A stretch of DNA of 64,000 nucleotides from Nitrosopumilaceae archaeon (GTDB lineage Archaea > Thermoproteota > Nitrososphaeria > Nitrososphaerales > Nitrosopumilaceae). The translations under genes and the position numbers were made by a program. The notes under the pieces were generated by a model. It was not told where the DNA came from. It made no database searches and saw nothing but the letters and a program-made list of their open reading frames with translations. Below, one piece after another: positions 1-11,138 of the stretch. Location: positions 1,856,001 to 1,920,000 of the forward strand of contig CBDCCK010000002.1 of NCBI GenBank assembly GCA_965214835.1. Reading direction: 5' to 3'. The first letter of the stretch is position 1. Each line of letters opens with the position of its first letter.

Positions 1-422
1 ACGGGCGGTACCGCGACAGGATACTGGAGGTGATGGCCGGATACGACAACTTTGAGTGGCTGGGCCCGTTGGAAGATCCCGACAGGGTCAGGGAATACCT
101 TGCCTCGATCGACATCTACGGCCTGGTCAGCGGCATTGACATGTCGCCGTACTCACTGAAACAGGCCATGTCCATGGAGCGGCCCGTCATTGCAACGGAC
201 ACCGGCGGCGTCTCAGAGACGATGCAGGATGGAGTGACGGGGTTCCTGGTAGGACGGGGAGACCACAGGGGGTGGATAGAGAGGATCACGCTGCTGCTGG
301 ACGACACAGAAAAGGCGCGTGATATGGGAAGGCTGGGACGAAGGTTCGTACGGGACAACTGGGACAACAGAGTGGCCACTGAGAGGTTCATCAACATAGC
401 CAATGACGTCATGTCAAGATGA
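1..422 (+). CDS. Glycosyltransferase family 4, C-terminal part (5' end outside window)
   Basis: GT-B motif 'LKQAMSMERPVIATDTGGVSETMQDGVTGFLV'. Confidence 0.85.
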   Translation, partial: GRYRDRILEVMAGYDNFEWLGPLEDPDRVREYLASIDIYGLVSGIDMSPYSLKQAMSMERPVIATDTGGVSETMQDGVTGFLVGRGDHRGWIERITLLLDDTEKARDMGRLGRRFVRDNWDNRVATERFINIANDVMSR

Positions 423-429
423 CCATACT

Positions 430-812
430 TGACCTTATACGTAATCGACCGTAGTGCGTGCAGTTGAAAATGGAATATTTTTTTGGTGAAATAGGCACGA
501 TGTGTCAAAATCGCATTCCATTTTTTTATGTATTGACTACGGATCGAAAAATTCCGACGGCGGGCCGGCCATACATGCAAGGCTGACGGCATCACATGAC
601 ATGCATAAGGGCAGTAGTGCGCACATCAAAAAATGGATCATGATTTTGCCACATCGTGCCTGTTTTGACACAAAAGTGTTTGATTTTCAACTGTGCGCAC
701 TAAGGTTTGATCAAATATCTTAGACGTTGTGAGGCGCCGTCATGCGCGTGCCGGCCCTTTGCAGAAGAGGTACCGGGGGCATCGCCGATAATTTCGTTTA
801 CGCATAAGGTCT
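430..812. mobile_element. Non-autonomous derivative of the IS5-family element at 49776-51493, containing two nested ~88-bp MITEs
   Basis: Ends GACCTTATACGTAATCGACC / TTTACGCATAAGGTCT. Segments 541-602 and 775-812 match the two ends of the 49776-51493 element. Confidence 0.75.
452..539. repeat. ~88-bp MITE family (TAGTGCG...CACTA); other copies at 615-702 and 2218-2305
   Basis: Three similar copies with short terminal inverted repeats (TIRs) and 2-3 bp flanking duplications (CG, AG, CTG). Confidence 0.7.
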
Positions 813-1027
813 GTTGATATATGCGCGGACTGTTCTCAAGATCGCTGCACTGTTTGGACTTTTGTTTGTGCAGTGAAACCACGGGAACGCGCCGCAGTTG
901 ATCCGTCTGCGTCTGCCAGTTTCACCAAGACGGTCTGGATTCCCTAGCTTTCTGCATGGCTGGGGTACTTTTTACTTATCTGGCGGCGGAAGAAAAGATA
1001 TTATGCCAAGATCTACCCTGAAACGTC

Positions 1028-2137
1028 ATGAGGGTGTGTATCTTTGGCTCCTACATCAGATCCACCAACGACATTCCGTCAGGAAGCACCGGCGATCTGA
1101 TAAAAGAGATCTGCAGGTCGCAGGGCTTTAAAACGGTAGAGTGCTATGAAGATTATCACTCCTTCGGCTCGGCCATAAAGGCATACATCCGGCTGTTTCT
1201 AAAGCACAGGAAGATCGATTATGATGTAATGATAATCCCGTTTAAGGGTGGGGCGCGCCCATTCATGATTCCCTTTGCCAGACTGATTTCCAAAGGACCA
1301 GTAGTATGTTTTTGTCCGTTGTCGATCTACGACACGCTGGTGAACGTCCGCAAAAAGATCCCCAAAAACTCGCTTAGAGCTAGGTTCGTCCACTTTGCGG
1401 AAAAGACCGCCTGCAGGTGGTCGGATCTTGTAATAACGGAAAGCACCTTTCAGATCGAGTGCCTTGTCAGGGAATACGGCCTGCCGAGGGAGAAGTTCCG
1501 TCGGCTCTGGCCTGCCGCATACGAGCCGCTCTTCAGACCCCTGCCGTTCAAGAAGCGGACGGACGAGTTCGTTGTGCTGTATTTCGGAGGGTTCATTCCC
1601 ACGTACGGCACCCGGGTCATAGCGGAGGCGGCCGACTGCCTGCGCGGCGAAAAGGGAATAACGTTCGTCTTCTGCGGCGGCGGCCAGGACGAATCCGAGG
1701 TAAGGCGGTACGCCGAGGATGCCGGCCTTTCCAACGTAAGATTCCTGGGAACGCTTCCTGCCCTGTCACTTGTACGGAAGATAAATGACAGCGACGTGTG
1801 TGTGGGGTTGTTTGGCACAAGTGACAAGTGCAAGGGATCCATGTCCAACAGGATCAACCAGATCCTAGCGTCGGCCAAACCACTGGTCACCATAAGCACG
1901 CCTACTACACGCGAGGCCGGCCTGGCCGACAGGGAGAACTGCATGCTGGTACAGTCCGACTCGCCCGGAGAGCTGGCCCAGTGCATCTTGCAGCTGCGGG
2001 ACGACTGCGACCTCCGGAGGCGCGTGGCCATGCAGGGGCGGCGGCACTACGCTGAAAGGCTGTCGATTGATCGGTCGGGCAGGCAGCTGGGCCGGTACAT
2101 AAGGGATGCATGCGGTAAGGAAGGACGTCCGGACTAA
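1028..2137 (+). CDS. Glycosyltransferase family 4
   Basis: 369 aa GT-B pattern 'VVLYFGGFIPTYG...NVRFLG...SDVCVGLF...ILASAKPLVT'. Confidence 0.85.
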   Translation: MRVCIFGSYIRSTNDIPSGSTGDLIKEICRSQGFKTVECYEDYHSFGSAIKAYIRLFLKHRKIDYDVMIIPFKGGARPFMIPFARLISKGPVVCFCPLSIYDTLVNVRKKIPKNSLRARFVHFAEKTACRWSDLVITESTFQIECLVREYGLPREKFRRLWPAAYEPLFRPLPFKKRTDEFVVLYFGGFIPTYGTRVIAEAADCLRGEKGITFVFCGGGQDESEVRRYAEDAGLSNVRFLGTLPALSLVRKINDSDVCVGLFGTSDKCKGSMSNRINQILASAKPLVTISTPTTREAGLADRENCMLVQSDSPGELAQCILQLRDDCDLRRRVAMQGRRHYAERLSIDRSGRQLGRYIRDACGKEGRPD

Positions 2138-2341
2138 ACGGTGATCCAAAATCAGAGACCGCGCAAATGTATGAGACGTTATTGTAATATATGAAAAGTC
2201 GGTCCGCTAGTCATCTGTAGTGCCAACATCAAAAAATGGAATATAATTTTGACATGTCATGCCTATTTCGCCAAAAAAATATTCGATTTTCAACTGCATG
2301 CACTGCTGTGGACTGCAGAGCCAAAAAAAAAACAGGCAGAC

Positions 2342-3324
2342 TCAGATCAGCTCCCGCATCAGGTTTACAAGCGACTCCGCGGCCCTGTCGTTTGTGAGGT
2401 TCTCCATGGTGTGCCTTTTGCCGCGAGACGCTATCTGCGCCCACCTAGGATTATCGGGATCTGCCAGGTATTCCTCGAACCTTTTTTTGTAGTTTTTAGA
2501 GTCGATAAACACTGCGCTCTCCCCGTCCCGGAATCCGAGGTACCCGCCGTGGCTTTCCTCTGAGAACTCCATGAACGTCAGGCATCCGGCAGCCGTGGAC
2601 TCGTAGTATTTGATGGTGGGAAAGTACCTCGTTGCGGTTATGGTTGCCCTGTACCCTGACAGGTGTGTTATAAAGTCCGGATGCCCGGCGTGCACGTACT
2701 GGATGGTGCCCGGCACGACCCCGGCATAGTCGACGTACGGCAGATCCCTGCATGTCCTCCTCAGCGTATAGGGGTTTTGGACAGGGTCGTTTGCGTTCCC
2801 CTTCCAGAGCGTCCCGGTGAGCAGAATGCGATCCCTTATCCGGTCTGCGAATGCGGGCAGGTATGGAAGGTCTGGCTCGACGCCATAGGTTATCATCCTG
2901 TACCCAAAGTCCCTTGGAAGGTACTTGTAAAAATAACTGGCAGGTATGAAGTTAAAGTAATAGTCCACCCGTATTTTTCATGGAACCCGATTAGATCAAA
3001 CGTTTTGATGTGGTGTGGGTCGTGCGTGTGGGCAATTACCGGGATGCCAAGATTCCGGGCGCCGTTTAGCTGCGGCGTGCTGATCTCGCTGTTCGTACAC
3101 AGTATGACGTCGTACTTTCCCCTGATCTTTGCCGTATCAAACACATGCTCTGCGGGAAAATAGCTCATCTGAAGGTCCCTGTTTCTCCGCAGCGCCTCAA
3201 AGAAGAAATAGTACCTGTTGTTGATGGAGTTGCTTTTGCTATAGTACCTCCACGACGGCTTGTAGATAAAGGCCACCCTGATCTGGTTTTCTTGCTTCAT
3301 ACGGAAACCAGTTCCGCGCCTCAT
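2342..3324 (-). pseudogene. Putative GT-B glycosyltransferase, frameshifted; near-identical paralog of 61732-62907
   Basis: Two ORFs join into the paralog's sequence if one G is added at ~2969 (TACGGGTG here versus TACGGGGTG in the paralog). Confidence 0.75.
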
Positions 3325-3346
3325 TAGTATCCTTCTGCATCCTCAG

Positions 3347-3480
3347 AGAGGTGATCCGAAATTAGACCGTACGGATTTTCTAGGCGGTTTTGCAGATAGT
3401 TTTGTTCTGCTGGCAGTGTCTTGAGATGTCTTGTGCAATCATCGACAAACAATCCGAACTGCTGATTTCAAATCATCTCT
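3347..3480. repeat. ~137-bp MITE family inserting at CWG; other copies at 33278-33414, 35339-35475 and 62937-63212
   Basis: AGAGG...CTCT ends, shared internal sequence, and 3-bp CAG/CTG duplications at three of the copies. Confidence 0.75.
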
Positions 3481-3481
3481 C

Positions 3482-3640
3482 ATAGCCTGAGATGTTCTCC
3501 TCAAAGCCCTGTGGCTGGCAGATCTCCTTTATCACCTCTCTGTGCTGCCCGACGGAGTGCCGTTAATCGTTCTGGCATAGGAGCCAAGGGGACACACCCT
3601 CATTACGTTCAGAGCGGATCTTGGGATGGTATCTTTTCTA
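3482..3640 (-). pseudogene. Degenerate inverted copy of the 5' end and upstream region of the GT4 gene at 1028
   Basis: Reverse strand reads MRVCPLGSYARTINGTPSGST versus MRVCIFGSYIRSTNDIPSGST at 1028; the upstream DNA is also similar. Confidence 0.7.
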
Positions 3641-4013
3641 CGACCCGTGAAAACATAGTCAATTCATAAAAAACGAACAATTTTGACAGCTGCTTTTGAT
3701 CCAAACATTAAGATCATGCAAACCATCGCACACGCATGGGAAAACAGACAGAATTCGTGGCGTCAAGGGACAAATTCGTGGCAAGCAAAGCACTCACGCC
3801 TTTGCAGTACAACTTCAGGTCCTTTTTATACTGACGGTCAAACATTTTTGGGTAGCATCTTATGATCAGATGCCCCTGCGAACATGGCTGAACATCAGAC
3901 ATTTGTGATCAGACATTGCAGGTTTGGAATTTACGGGAGCGACATAATATCGGCATCTTGGTCAAAGAATTTCGATGGAAATCTTTTTTGATCTTGCCTG
4001 TTTGATGTAACAC

Positions 4014-5724
4014 ATGGACTCCAAATCTACGCCTGCACACCATATGGATCCTGCAAAGGCACTTGTCATGATCAAGGAGCGGGATGAGAAGATCTCCGAG
4101 CTGGAAAAAGAACTCTCTATTGTCAAGAAGGAGAATGCTGATGTCAAGAAGGAGAACTCCGAGCTCCGGGCAAAGCTTGCCCTGTATGAGAGTCCCAACA
4201 TGCCCACGTCCACGCCGTCATTATATAGTGACGATTAAAAGTTCTTGAGCACATACGGGTGTGAATTACGCAGGAAGACGCCTTTTGATGATCAAAGACT
4301 TTCAATCGTCACCATACAATAAGGCCAGAAGAAAGTTCAGGGAGAAAAGGGGCGAGGATCCCGGCGGCAGTCCCGGCGATGCGGCCAGGGGCAAGAAACG
4401 CGGCCCTCCGTGCGGACACCATGGCATATCGCACGGCAACCGGCCATCCATGACATTAAGGTACGATCTTGATTTCAAAATATGCCCAAAGTGCAACGTC
4501 CAGTTACGGATGCTCAAGCCGATCCACAAGCTTGTCAACGACCTGGATGACTCCATGCGCATGCTCACTGCCAATGCCATCATCCAAAACGCGGTGTGTC
4601 CACAGTGCAATACCGTGTATGTAGCGGCCACCCCGTTTCTAAGCGGCACGTCACTTGGGCCCGTCTCACTCTCTCTAATCATGATGTTCTTTGAGAAGGG
4701 AAACACCGACGAGGACATTGCAGAATACTTTCAGTGTATGTTTGGATTCAAGATGGCCCCAAACACGGTGACTGCCGCCCGGCACGCAGTGGCAGAGGCA
4801 CTCCGGCAAAACATGATACAACGCATACAGTCATTCATTGCGAGTCGGCCGTGGATACAGATGGACGAGACCGGCTTTAAGCGCGGCGATGGACATACGG
4901 GATACGTCTGGGTGCTCAACTGTGCGGGGGCGTGCTTTGTGGTCTTTGCAGATTCCCGATCCTCTGAGGTCCTGCGCACGTACTTTGGATGGCTGGATCC
5001 TAGGATTCCCATAGTCGTAGACGGGCTGGCCCAGTACAAGCTGTTCTTTGTGATAATCCAGAGGTGTTGGAGGCACCTTCTGGCGTATGCAGAAAAGCTT
5101 GCAGTAAAGACGCCCGAAGGCGATGACGAGAAAAGGTACGACTTGCTGCTTGAATTTTACAGGAAGATAAATGAAATCAAGACGCTTGCGCCGCTTACAT
5201 ACATGGAGCTTTCCAGGGAGGCATACAAAATAATCATTACATATGAGGACGATCACGTGCGCACACACCTGCTAAACGCCATATCTGACATGTTTACGTG
5301 TCTAGCGCATCCGGGAATGCCGCCGCACAACAACGATACGGAGCGGTGCATACGCGACGGGATCATACCCCAGCGCAATGCGCGCCACAAGATCGTAACT
5401 GACGGTGGAAGAAAGACGGCTTCTGCACTGCTGACGTTCTCGATGACATGTCGCAAGCAAAACATACATCCTGCCGGTGGACTCTTGGAATACCTGCGGA
5501 ATCCTGACTGGGATGTCTTTGCAGAAGCAGGCGATAATAATGATGATATGCGCCTGTCCTCGTTTGTCAATACGGACGGTACAAGATACAGCGTCTTTGA
5601 GTGTCCCGGGCCGCCGCCGGCGTGGCGGCCTGTCGCCGATGATGACGCAGGCAGCAGAGGAGGAGCGGTACGCCGGGACCGGACGGCCGTCGTATCAGCA
5701 GCAGCAGCTCCTATAACAACATGA
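4014..5724 (+). pseudogene. IS66 transposase split by the MITE at 4226-4314
   Basis: Removing the insertion makes it colinear with the intact copy at 22038-23618. Confidence 0.85.
4226..4314. repeat. 89-bp MITE with TA duplication; second copy at 25646-25731 in reverse orientation
   Basis: TIR TAGTGACGATT / AATCGTCACCA. The empty site is visible in the IS66 paralog. Confidence 0.75.
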
Positions 5725-5924
5725 TCCGTCTGGCGCCTACGGGACGGCGTAACCCGTAGCTTCATATCCGAAGATCTGACCGTGTAGGCAAGTCTGCCAA
5801 TTGACAACGCCTTGCAAGTGTAACAATTTCTGACTGCATGGCAAGTGCCGTATGCCAATCTGTTGTATGCACGGCGTCAGTCAGTCTTGCATGTACAAAG
5901 GATGTGTCAGTAACAGTGTATCTA

Positions 5925-7018
5925 TACTGATGGTCATTGAAAATTTCGCCTGATCACACATCTTGTAAAGGTTTATAGCTCCCCACCATGTCACTCCCGG
6001 CATGAACAAGACGAAAACCCTCACGGATGCCATGCGTGTCGAAAAGGATCTCAAGATTCACACCAGAATCCTGGCGGTGCGCTCCGTGCTGCTTGGCAAC
6101 ACCACCGCACAGACCGCAGAGATTGCCAACGTGACACAGCGTACAGTACAGATGTGGGTTGAAAGGTTCGAGCTTGACGGCATTGACGGCCTCCGTGACT
6201 CCCCTGACAGGGGCAAAAAGCCAAAGGTTCCGGTCGGCAGGATAAAAAAGATCGCCACGAGGCTGCGCAGGATGGAAAAGCTCACCCCGAAGAAGCTGTG
6301 CAACTGGGTACGCCACAGGCTGCATGTCACATACAGCGTGGGAAGCATCAGGAGGATCCTGCGCGCGATGGGGTTTTCGCTAAAGACATCAACTACCAAG
6401 CTGGCAGATGCTGCCGACGCAAAAGCTGTAAGACGGTGGCAAAGAGAGGCAAAAACTGCGATAAAGCTTGCAAAAAGGCGCGGATTTAGGATAACCGTAC
6501 AGGACGAATCGATATTCGTCAGTACGGGAAGGGACGGCAAAAAGTTCTGGTCGCCCGTGGGGGACAGGATCGAGGTGGAACGATCCGGCAGAAGGGAGCG
6601 CGTCGTGGTATACGGGACGATTGCAGACGACGGAACCAGGCTGATGCGCACGTACGACAGGTTCAACAGCGCAAACTTTGTGCATTATCTTAAACAGGCG
6701 CACAAAAAGTGGGGAAAGGTCCTGATGGTGATGGACAACGCAGCACAGCACAAGACCAAAAAGGTCCGCAGATACCTAAAGAAAAATCCCGACGTTGTCT
6801 TGCTGTACCTGCCGGTAGCTAGGCCGGAGCTGAGCGCCATAGAGGCAGTCTGGAAGGATGCCAAGTACAGGCTGGTCACGTCTGCCTTTTACGACACGGT
6901 GGATCACCTCAAAAAGGCCGTCTCGGAATACTTTAGGACGTGTTCCATCAGGGTTGACATCTACAAGTATCTTGAGCGCAGCTTGTAAGGGAGGCGAAAT
7001 TTTCAATGGTCATCAGTA
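5925..7018 (+). mobile_element. IS630-family element, apparently intact (transposase 6002-6988)
   Basis: TIR TACTGATGGTCATTGAAAATTTCGCCT, TA duplication, motifs 'QDES', 'MDNAAQH' and 'PELSAIEAVW'. Confidence 0.92.
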
Positions 7019-7140
7019 TAGTCTGTCACAACAAATGATGCGAAATGATCAAAAAGTTCTTGGAAAAAAGTTGGCTTGTCAGTATAAAAAGAACCTGATG
7101 TTGTACACTGCCGTGAGTCGGTTACTTTTGGGAAGACTGA

Positions 7141-7167
7141 GGATACGGATAAGATTTCATATAGCGT
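7141..7167 (-). mobile_element. IS110 subfamily-B left-end remnant
   Basis: Near-identical (one mismatch) to the first 27 nt of the left ends at 53554 and 61668. Confidence 0.65.
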
Positions 7168-7206
7168 CTACTGACTGTTGAAACCGGATATGCCAATTTA
7201 GGCAGA

Positions 7207-7695
7207 TCATGTACCTTGCTGTGGTTTATTGTCTTTTATTGATATGGCCAGACCGTTTGGAACACTATAGAACGGACTACCGTTTTGATCATAGGCATTA
7301 TCAAATCTAATTATTTCATCGATGGTTAGTTTAACTTTTACTTCTTGCCCTGTTCGTAAAATTCTATAGATGTTCCAAGGTTCGTGATTCTTATCTATGT
7401 GTACCTTGTATTTATTGTGAGATTTTTGTTTTTCTACATCATTAAGTAATTCTAGGCTAGGGGTTCCTCGTAAATGAGGTGGAGCATAAACAGACCATTT
7501 CGGCGAAGTTATGTCAAAACTCACTTTTTTAGGATTGTTAGGATCTCGCATTATTTTTGCCAGAAAAATTCTACCTTTGACTCGCACACCATCATCTAGA
7601 TCATACTCATTCCAGTCCTCCTCTTCAACTTTGAACTCCATTTCTTCATAATCACTTGGCAATGGGGAAGAGTTGTCAGGATTAGATTGCGACAT
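7207..7695 (-). CDS. Hypothetical protein with an internally duplicated small domain
   Basis: Low-GC 162-aa ORF with two similar units: 'EEDWNEYDLDDGVRVK' and 'HEPWNIYRILRTGQEVK'. Confidence 0.7.
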   Translation of the reverse strand: MSQSNPDNSSPLPSDYEEMEFKVEEEDWNEYDLDDGVRVKGRIFLAKIMRDPNNPKKVSFDITSPKWSVYAPPHLRGTPSLELLNDVEKQKSHNKYKVHIDKNHEPWNIYRILRTGQEVKVKLTIDEIIRFDNAYDQNGSPFYSVPNGLAISIKDNKPQQGT

Positions 7696-7705
7696 TAAAA
7701 ATAAC

Positions 7706-7906
7706 CTAAGTAGTATTAATCGAGTTTAGCATTAAAATGTTTCCGTTGCTTGTAGATGCAGATGTATCTGATTCTGTAACTATCGATACTGTTGAGGATT
7801 CTATTTGCGTAGTTTCTTCAGAAGTTTGTTTTTGAGTTTTGTCTATTATGTGCGTTTTTACATCATACGTCTGATCATTTGATCTACTTACGCTAATTTT
7901 TTGCAT
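7706..7906 (-). CDS. Small Ser/Thr-rich hypothetical protein, probably co-transcribed with 7207-7695
   Basis: Low-GC ORF ending 10 bp upstream of the next gene, with an AT-rich TATA-like region upstream. Confidence 0.45.
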   Translation of the reverse strand: MQKISVSRSNDQTYDVKTHIIDKTQKQTSEETTQIESSTVSIVTESDTSASTSNGNILMLNSINTT

Positions 7907-7951
7907 GTATAATGTACATGAAAATTTAATTAAAAACCTATCGGTCTATCC

Positions 7952-9042
7952 GGGGTTGTCCAATTTTTTTCCGCAGGCTGCCAATTTGCCCCCGATGTAG
8001 GCAGTCTCAGACGGCAATATAGAGCACTTGGCGGCCCCGGACAGCCAGAACGGCGCATACAGCAACGCAAATATCCATGCAGGCCATACCTTACGGTAGT
8101 GTTGCGGTCCAACAGTACGGATTCTGATAAAAATTATACCGTAAGGTTGTAGCACAACACGCGAGCGAACAGCTCTACAGTGATGGTTCCGTCCAGCTTT
8201 GCACGCAGGACGGATCCAGCCCTTTCCTTCATTACCGAGAACAGGGACTCTGCCTGACTCCTCTTGTGATAGGCCTGCCAGAACTCGTCTGGCCTGTCAC
8301 GCAGCCACCGCAGCATCTTGGCCCGGGCGCTGAACCCGCGTGGCTTCTCATGCCCCTTTGCCGGCTTTATGACAGGTCCGCGGCCGCTCTTTGCAATCAA
8401 CTCGCAGTTTTTGTACGAGTCGTATGCCGAATCCAGCGCCACGATTCCGTATCCGCCCTTTGGGATGCGGCTCATCATGCGGGCAAACTCCGGCGAGTCC
8501 CCCGACGTGCCCGGCGTGGCCTCAAATGACAGTATCTTGCCCCCGATTGCAGCAATTGCGTGCAGTTTTGCAAAGTCGTGTCCGGTCACCTCCCCATGTT
8601 TTGCGTGGCTCCAGCTCTTGTACTTGCGGAGGCCGAATCCCGTCGAGTCGCCGTGCAGGTCCGCTATGCGCTCGCCTTCGGACATGGCCAGTACGACCTC
8701 GTCCATAAAGTCCTTGCCCATTCTCCAGAGCATGGTCATCCTGTTGTGCAGCGTCGACTTGGAGAGCGTACGACTCAGGCCGCATCTCCTGAGATCGTCC
8801 GGGTTTGACTCCAGGTGCGTGACCATCCTCCTGTAGGACAAGCGATTCTCGATTCTGAGGATCGCAATGCGTATGGCAGACCACGCAAGGCCGGCATCGA
8901 TTCCCGTTTCGGCGGCCATCTTCTTGGCCACCCTGCGTACGATCTTTCCCAGGTTCCTCCTTGTCCTCTTCTTGCGGGAGCTCTCCTGCCTGCGCTTTTG
9001 CTCGTAAAGGCGGTTATAGTCCGTGTCCTTCCTGAGAAGCAA
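7952..9042 (-). mobile_element. IS4/IS5-like (DDE_Tnp_1) element: right end plus a 5'-truncated transposase (8134-9042)
   Basis: Motifs 'GDSTGF', 'AKLH', 'LDSAYDS' and 'YHKRSQAESLFS'. TIR GGGGTTGTCC is shared with 25810 and 26383. Confidence 0.8.
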
Positions 9043-9093
9043 TCCGTAATTAAATTACGAGTGGCAGGTTGCAGTTGTTTTCTGCCGTGTTTT

Positions 9094-10029
9094 TCAGGCC
9101 ACAGCGGCTATCCGTTCCAGTATCCTCAGGTTGACCAGCCCGCACACGATACTGTTGGCCAGATCGTACTTTCTGAGCCTGTTTCTGTACTTGTAGCTCA
9201 TTATCTTGAATGTCTTGACCCTGCGTATGCCATTCTCCACGTACACCCGTATCTTTGAGTGTGTTCTGTTGTACTCTTTTTCATCGTCGGTCAGCTTGCC
9301 GCCAGGACTCTTCTTGATTGGAAGTATAACCTTCGTCCCTGCATCGATGTGCTGCGCACCCTGGTATCCGCGATCCATATAGTGCCGCAGCTCCTCGCCG
9401 TCCTCCTCACCGCTCCAGAACGTGGGATGCTTCATCTGGTATATCTTGACGTCGTTTACGCGCCCCGGCGAGTGCGGGGTCTTGTGCACTATGGCACCGT
9501 GTATGTTGACCGTATACTGGACCTTGGCCGTGTGCGTGCCTGCCTTGCCCGAATAGTGCGACTTTTCCATGTCCTTTCTCTTGGGCCTGTTTGTGGGCTG
9601 CTCGGAGGCGTCAGTCAGGCACACCATCCCCGGGAAGATCTCGGCCAGCTCCTCGACTGAGGAGATCCTCTTGGAGTCCTTGTAAATCTTCTCGGGGATC
9701 GGCAGGCATTGTTTTAGCAGGGGCTCAGTCAGGCTTATGGAGCGCGAGACCGACGCCTGTCCTATACCGAACATGGCGCCAGCCACGTCCTGGGAGACGT
9801 ACGTCCTGTAGTAGAACAAGACCAGCAGTACGCGGTTCCTCAGATCCAGGGCAAAGGGCCTGCCTGCGCCTATATCCCGCACACGGTCGGGCCTTGAGAG
9901 CCTCTTCTTCTCGGTATCTGGAAATTTCTTTTGCACCTCGGTACACAGCTGGTCAAACTCTGCCTCGGTCATTCCTGCAAACATCCGGAACGTCCGTGGG
10001 TTTTTTGTCAGTCTATCGATCAAACACAT
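9094..10029 (-). CDS. IS5-family (DDE_Tnp_4 / HTH_Tnp_4) transposase
   Basis: Motifs 'TDASEQ', 'HYSGK', 'DRGYQG' and 'RVYVENGIRRVK'. Confidence 0.88.
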   Translation of the reverse strand: MCLIDRLTKNPRTFRMFAGMTEAEFDQLCTEVQKKFPDTEKKRLSRPDRVRDIGAGRPFALDLRNRVLLVLFYYRTYVSQDVAGAMFGIGQASVSRSISLTEPLLKQCLPIPEKIYKDSKRISSVEELAEIFPGMVCLTDASEQPTNRPKRKDMEKSHYSGKAGTHTAKVQYTVNIHGAIVHKTPHSPGRVNDVKIYQMKHPTFWSGEEDGEELRHYMDRGYQGAQHIDAGTKVILPIKKSPGGKLTDDEKEYNRTHSKIRVYVENGIRRVKTFKIMSYKYRNRLRKYDLANSIVCGLVNLRILERIAAVA

Positions 10030-10100
10030 GATTTGTACATGGTTTTACAGGTATTTTGATCCGTCAGGCATAGATTAGTGCCCAAGTGGGTCAAAATCTG

Positions 10101-11138
10101 CTAATTAAGAATCGCTTCTCTTGCTCGCAAGTCTGCCCTATCAAGTGTCCCCTTTGTCTCAGCCACAAGATACAGTGTGTTGTCTGATTCATCCGAACCC
10201 TCCTTGACTATTGCCCAATCTGGGTGGTATTCCCCTATAGGCGTGTCTACTGCGAACCACCTTGGTATCTTTATGAACAACCTGAGTCCGGTAATGCTCT
10301 TTAGAACCGTCGCAAACTTTTTTTCTACTTCCGACTCACATATGACCTCCCCGTATATCGTGTTGTCTGCCTTTATGGTCATGTCATCATACGCCTCAAT
10401 TTCGTCCTCGAAAAGTTTCATGTCGTAACTATCGCCGGTTTTGGTATATTGTATCCCGTTTACAAGAAAGTCTGCCATGCTCTCCCGGATTATTATGGTG
10501 CAGGATGTCAGGAACCCATGTGGATTCTTAAATACCAGATTCAGCTTGTCTATTCCTGATAGAATCCTTACCACAGTCCTTCTTGTGAGATTGGTTTCTT
10601 CTGCAATGCGTTCTACCATATTTGGCACCGGAAACACGTTGTTGATTGGTTCCAGTTTTGAATTTGTAAACTTGGTAACCACCCCACGTCCATTCTCAAT
10701 ATCAAGATCCACCTTGTCTACCCTGATCCCTATTTTTTTCTCTGACATGCCACAGTTGATTTCTTCAACACATTTCTTTATGAGATCATCGGTGTCCACC
10801 CTGACCGAGTATAGTGTACGCGTTGATACCCTGTCCCATAATGCCTTGAACGCCGGACACAACTCGTGCCGGTCGGCCAGATGGAACGTCTTTCTTCTTC
10901 TCCCATCATCCGGCTTTGGTGCTACCATCAGGTCTCCATACTCATCAACATATTCCTGCTGTAATTTTGAGACGTACTCCATAGCTTTCGTTTGCAATGA
11001 TCGTCAGCCGGTGTTGCTGGTCGGTAACCCTTCCGCCTGACTGATCCACCGGAAGCCTCATTCCCCTTCCTATCTCCTGCCTCTTTTTTATCATGGAGGC
11101 AGTCCTGTTGAGCGTGCATATGTTGAACACGTTTGGAT
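10101..11138 (-). pseudogene. res: Type III restriction enzyme Res subunit, C-terminal remnant (frameshifted and IS-truncated)
   Basis: Helicase motif 'RQEIGRGMRLPVDQ' and endonuclease motif 'GEYHPDWAIV...LYLVAETKG'. Confidence 0.8.

Larger units (their letters stand above)
3807..7106 (+). mobile_element. IS66-family element with a single ORF, interrupted by a MITE and by an IS630
   Basis: TIRs GTACAACTTCAGG / CCTGATGTTGTAC. Transposase motifs 'QMDETG', 'IQRCWRHL' and 'NNDTERCIR'. Confidence 0.85.

Noticed and set aside
2169-2182. GTATGAG-ACGTTAT as another IS110-A insertion
   Set aside because: Only 7 nt of the left end match before the sequence diverges; suggestive, but too short to count.
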